From NCBI GenBank assembly GCA_030390025.1, contig CM059432.1:133426001-133490000 (forward strand): a stretch of 64,000 nt of DNA. Direction: 5' to 3'. A program made the position numbers and the translations under genes. Positions 60,485 through 64,000 of this stretch are shown here, piece after piece. Within the stretch, counting starts at the first letter, position 1. Every line of letters starts with the position of its first letter. The DNA comes from Squalus acanthias. Its lineage: Eukaryota. Below the pieces are notes generated by a model. The model searched no databases and was not told the origin of the DNA. It saw only the letters and a list, made by a program, of their open reading frames with translations.

Positions 60485-61148
60485 ACAGGGTGGAAGGCAG
60501 GAGTGATTTAAATGATAAAAGGGATGATGGTGCAAGGCAATACAGGGTGGTAATGGGACAACAAAGAAACAAAAGATGAGGCTAGAGGAGGTGTAACTGG
60601 CAACAGCAGAATCATCAACAGCTGCTGTCTGAAAAAATGGGAGCGGTGGTTATGAGCTGAAATTGTTAAACTCGAAACTTAATATGTGGACCTTGGCATT
60701 AATTAACTAACTGAAGGCCAACAATTTATCAGGTAATGTAAAAAAAAAAACCACGTGGTCCAGCATAAAATTACAATTGACAGCTTGTATTGAGTCTGGC
60801 AAGGCCACATCTGTGTGGCACTAGCTGTACTGTACCCAACCTCGAACTATCAGCTGGTTGGTGCGAGGCCCACGCTTCAGCAGCCGACAACCAGAAACAT
60901 ATAAAAAATCCAACTGTGGCTCCCCGGGAGCAGAGTCTTCCTACAGTCCTGATTGACGGGGAGCTTCTACACTCCCTCCATCCATTCGCATAGAAAGAAG
61001 ACAGAAAGTTTTTTGCTGTCAAGCCGTGGCAGCCATTTCACTCAGCAAGAAGCAAGGCTTACGCTCCTGTGCAGCGCCTTGGAACGTTTTACTCCGTTAA
61101 AGGCGTTATATAAATGCAAGTTGTTGTTTTTGTTGTTGCCAAGGTCCA

Positions 61149-61302
61149 CCTGTTACATCCCTAACTTTTTCCAGTTCTGACGAAGGGTCACAGAGCTGAA
61201 ACGTTAACTCTGTTTCTCTCTCCACGGATGCTGCCTGGCCTGCTGAGTGTTTCCAGCATTTTCTGTTGTTATTTCAGATTTCCAGCATCCGCAGTATTTT
61301 GC
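61149..61302 (+). mobile_element. PLE-derived terminal repeat with a hammerhead motif (61173-61209)
   Basis: AGUU-CUGACGA-A-GGGUC(ACA)GAGCU-GAAA-CG-UU-AACU, with one stem II mismatch. Confidence 0.7.
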
Positions 61303-62149
61303 GCTTGTGTTGTTGTTTTTTGTTGTTGTTGGAGGATGGGGAGGGGTGAACAGGGGGAAATAACAACACTTTGTTAGGATTATGGACTGAATTCTGATGC
61401 AGGGTGAGGGGAAGCGGACAATACGTCCGTTAAATGTGACCTGATCTCCAATGACTGAAGGCGGTGGGAGAGGGGCCGTTCTTGTCGGCCTGCGCTGTGC
61501 AGTGTTGTACAACGTGTTTTATTACGGTGCTTCCCCCTGAGGACTGAACCTCGCCTCCCTGAGCGTGGGTTTCAGCGGCGGGAGTCAGTGAATTGAATTA
61601 GCTTTGGGTTTGGTTTTATTTATTATTTTTATAACGTGCTGTGCATTGAAAAAAAATCATAAAATTGCACAGAAACCTCAGTTAGAACTCACTTATATGA
61701 ATGATCTGTTTATAGAATCAGTGGAATTTACTTGGTGTTTCTCATTGTGGTCGATACTGTAGAAACATCACAGGAGTGGTTTTTATTTGAACATTACTTA
61801 TCCTTACATCTTTCTGTTATTTTGCGTTCTTGCTTTGATTCATCAATTATGTTGTAACTCATCTCACTGAAATCTTTGTATTCTACAAAACAAAACTATT
61901 GAGTCGGCCCTTGGTGATACTGAGTCTCTCCACTAAAGTAAATGGAATAACATTTGCAAACAGTGGGCCTAATGTCACACGATCGAATGTCACACAAACA
62001 AATGTCACATGATCGAACCTCCAGGCATAAGTCCAACCTGAGTTGGCAACCCTAAATGGCTGCCTCTCGACTTGTGCAGCCCATTGTTTGTAGGTGGGAC
62101 CAGGAACTAGTAGTAACAACGCTGGCAGAGAACAAATGGCATCAGAGAT

Positions 62150-62906
62150 AAAGAAAGACTTGCATTTCTATAGCGCCTTTCTTGACCTCAGGATGCCCCA
62201 AAGTGCTTTACAACCAATGAAGTACTTTTTGAAGTGTAGTCACTTATGTAATGTCAGAAATACAGCAGCCAATTTGTGCACAGCAAGCTCCTACAAACAG
62301 TAATGTGATAATGACCAGATAATCTGTTTTTGTGATGGTGATTGAGGGATAAATATTGGCCAGGACACCTGGGAGAACTCCCCTGCTCTTCTTCGAATAG
62401 TGCCATGAGATCTTTTATGTCCACCCAAGAAGACAGACAGGTCTCGGTTTATCGTCTCATCCAAAAGACAGCACCTCCAACAGTGCAGCACTCCCTCAGT
62501 ACTGCGCTGGAGTGTCAGAAAGGATCATTTACTCAAGTTTCTGGAGTGGGGCTTGAACTCACCACCACATCTGACTCAGAGGCAAGAGTGCTACCACAGA
62601 GCCACAGCTCAGTCATCCAGTCAGCTCTATCAATTAGCTTCTCTTCAATTCCCTGCAAAAGTACACGCGGAAATAAATAAATAAATAAATAAACTACTGC
62701 TGCTCGACCATATGCTCAAAATACAGACGGGGCCTCAATTTAACATCACATTTGAAAGACAGTACCTCCAACAGTGCAGCACTCCCTCAGCACTGCACTG
62801 GAGTGTCAGCCTAGATCTTTTGTGCTCAAGTCTCTGGAGTGGGACTATGAACCCACAATCTTCTGACTCAGAGGCAAGAGTGCTACCAACTGAGCCACGG
62901 CTGACA
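62150..62906 (-). mobile_element. Two tandem Deu-SINE copies (full at about 62150-62610; head half at about 62725-62906)
   Basis: Reverse complements of the SINE at 1964-2403. Confidence 0.8.
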
Positions 62907-63704
62907 CAATAGTAACTATACCAACGGACCCTGATTTTAATTTCTTATCGAGGCCCCCTGTCTGTTTCTGGCAGGAGCTCTGGATCGAGATCCAACCAAA
63001 AGTCAGAACAGGCGGTAAGTTGACACTTCAATTCCATTTGCGATTTTGGTCCCTTATCGCCACGTGCAAGCAAAGCAGCAGGGACAAGAATATCACCCCC
63101 ATAATATTGGGAATTCCAGCTCTTGCAAAGAAGTAAACATAGAGTGGATCTGAATCCATTGTGGAAAGATTTGTACAGAATAACAGAACAAAAATATTTT
63201 GAGAGGAATTCCAACAGAAAGGGAATAGAGGGATTCTGGAAATCAGAAAAGGCTCAATTTTATTATCAGCTATATAGAGAAGCCATATACAAGTTTTAGT
63301 GATTTTTCCCAATTCACTACAGCTAGGCTGGGTAGCAACTGAACAGAAAGAAGGAAATTATAGGAACAGAGAATTTATTGAATAAATGAAGGCAGCAGAT
63401 AATGAGATATTGTAGGTTTAATAGATGTTTGTGTCCACTCTTAAAACAATAATGGGGACTAGTTTGGTACAATATATCAGCAGAGATGGATTATTAAACT
63501 GGGAAATGAGATCATTGCTGATCTGTTCCTTGAGATTTTTTAATTTTCTCTGACCTGCAGTCAACATTTCTTCTTCAGTCCATCTGATTTTTTTTTTCAC
63601 TATTTACAATTAGCGGCTGCAGTCAAGGTGGGGAAGCAGGATTTTTTCTAAATTATTGAATTTTTATGTGCTTATTAATCTATAGATGTTATTGTTGGGC
63701 ACGT

Positions 63705-63952
63705 ATAGTAAGGTGGCTGGGTACAGTGGGGTGGGTGGGTATAATAGGGAGGGTGGTACAGTGAGGCAGGTTGGTACAGTGGGGCAGGTGGGTACAGTGG
63801 GGAGGGGGGTACAGTGGGGTGGGTGGTACAGTGAGGAGGATGGGTATAATGGGGAGGGTGGGTACAGTGAGGCGGGGGTTACAGTGAGGAGGGTGGGTAT
63901 AATGGGGAGGGTGGGTACAGTGAGGCTGGGGTTACAGTGGGGAGGGTGGGAG
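63705..63952 (+). repeat. G-rich minisatellite of about 18 bp (GGGGAGGGTGGGTACAGT-like)
   Basis: About 13 degenerate units with recurring GGTACAGT/GGTATAAT. Confidence 0.85.
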
Positions 63953-64000
63953 ACTGTCATGGTAGTTGTGTTGCAGGGAAAAATTTTTGGTGGAATTGGA

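Overview
This is repeat-dense vertebrate genomic DNA, most likely from a shark, because it carries HE1-like V-SINEs, SacSINE1-like Deu-SINEs and abundant CR1 and L2 LINEs. Only one convincing host gene is visible: a single-ORF C1orf216/UPF0500-like gene at 43646-44470 (-). The rest is an archive of nested transposons. (1) A near-perfect 3.65-kb palindrome (47418-51065) is made of two 5'-truncated Penelope-like retroelements (RT plus GIY-YIG). They are joined head-to-head, flanked by one 12-bp TSD, and carry a hammerhead ribozyme motif near each end. (2) A second, non-coding family carries hammerhead motifs and also occurs as inverted pairs. (3) Two decayed two-gene PIF/Harbinger elements are present, each with a HARBI1-like transposase and a Myb/SANT partner gene, along with several MITE families. 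One MITE family keeps long hairpins at equivalent positions while the stem sequences differ between copies. (4) There is a gag-only Gypsy-type element with 125-bp LTRs. (5) hAT and Tc1/pogo MITEs and minisatellites are also present. All calls come from reading the sequence and recalling family motifs; no database searches were run, and the boundaries of old repeats are approximate.
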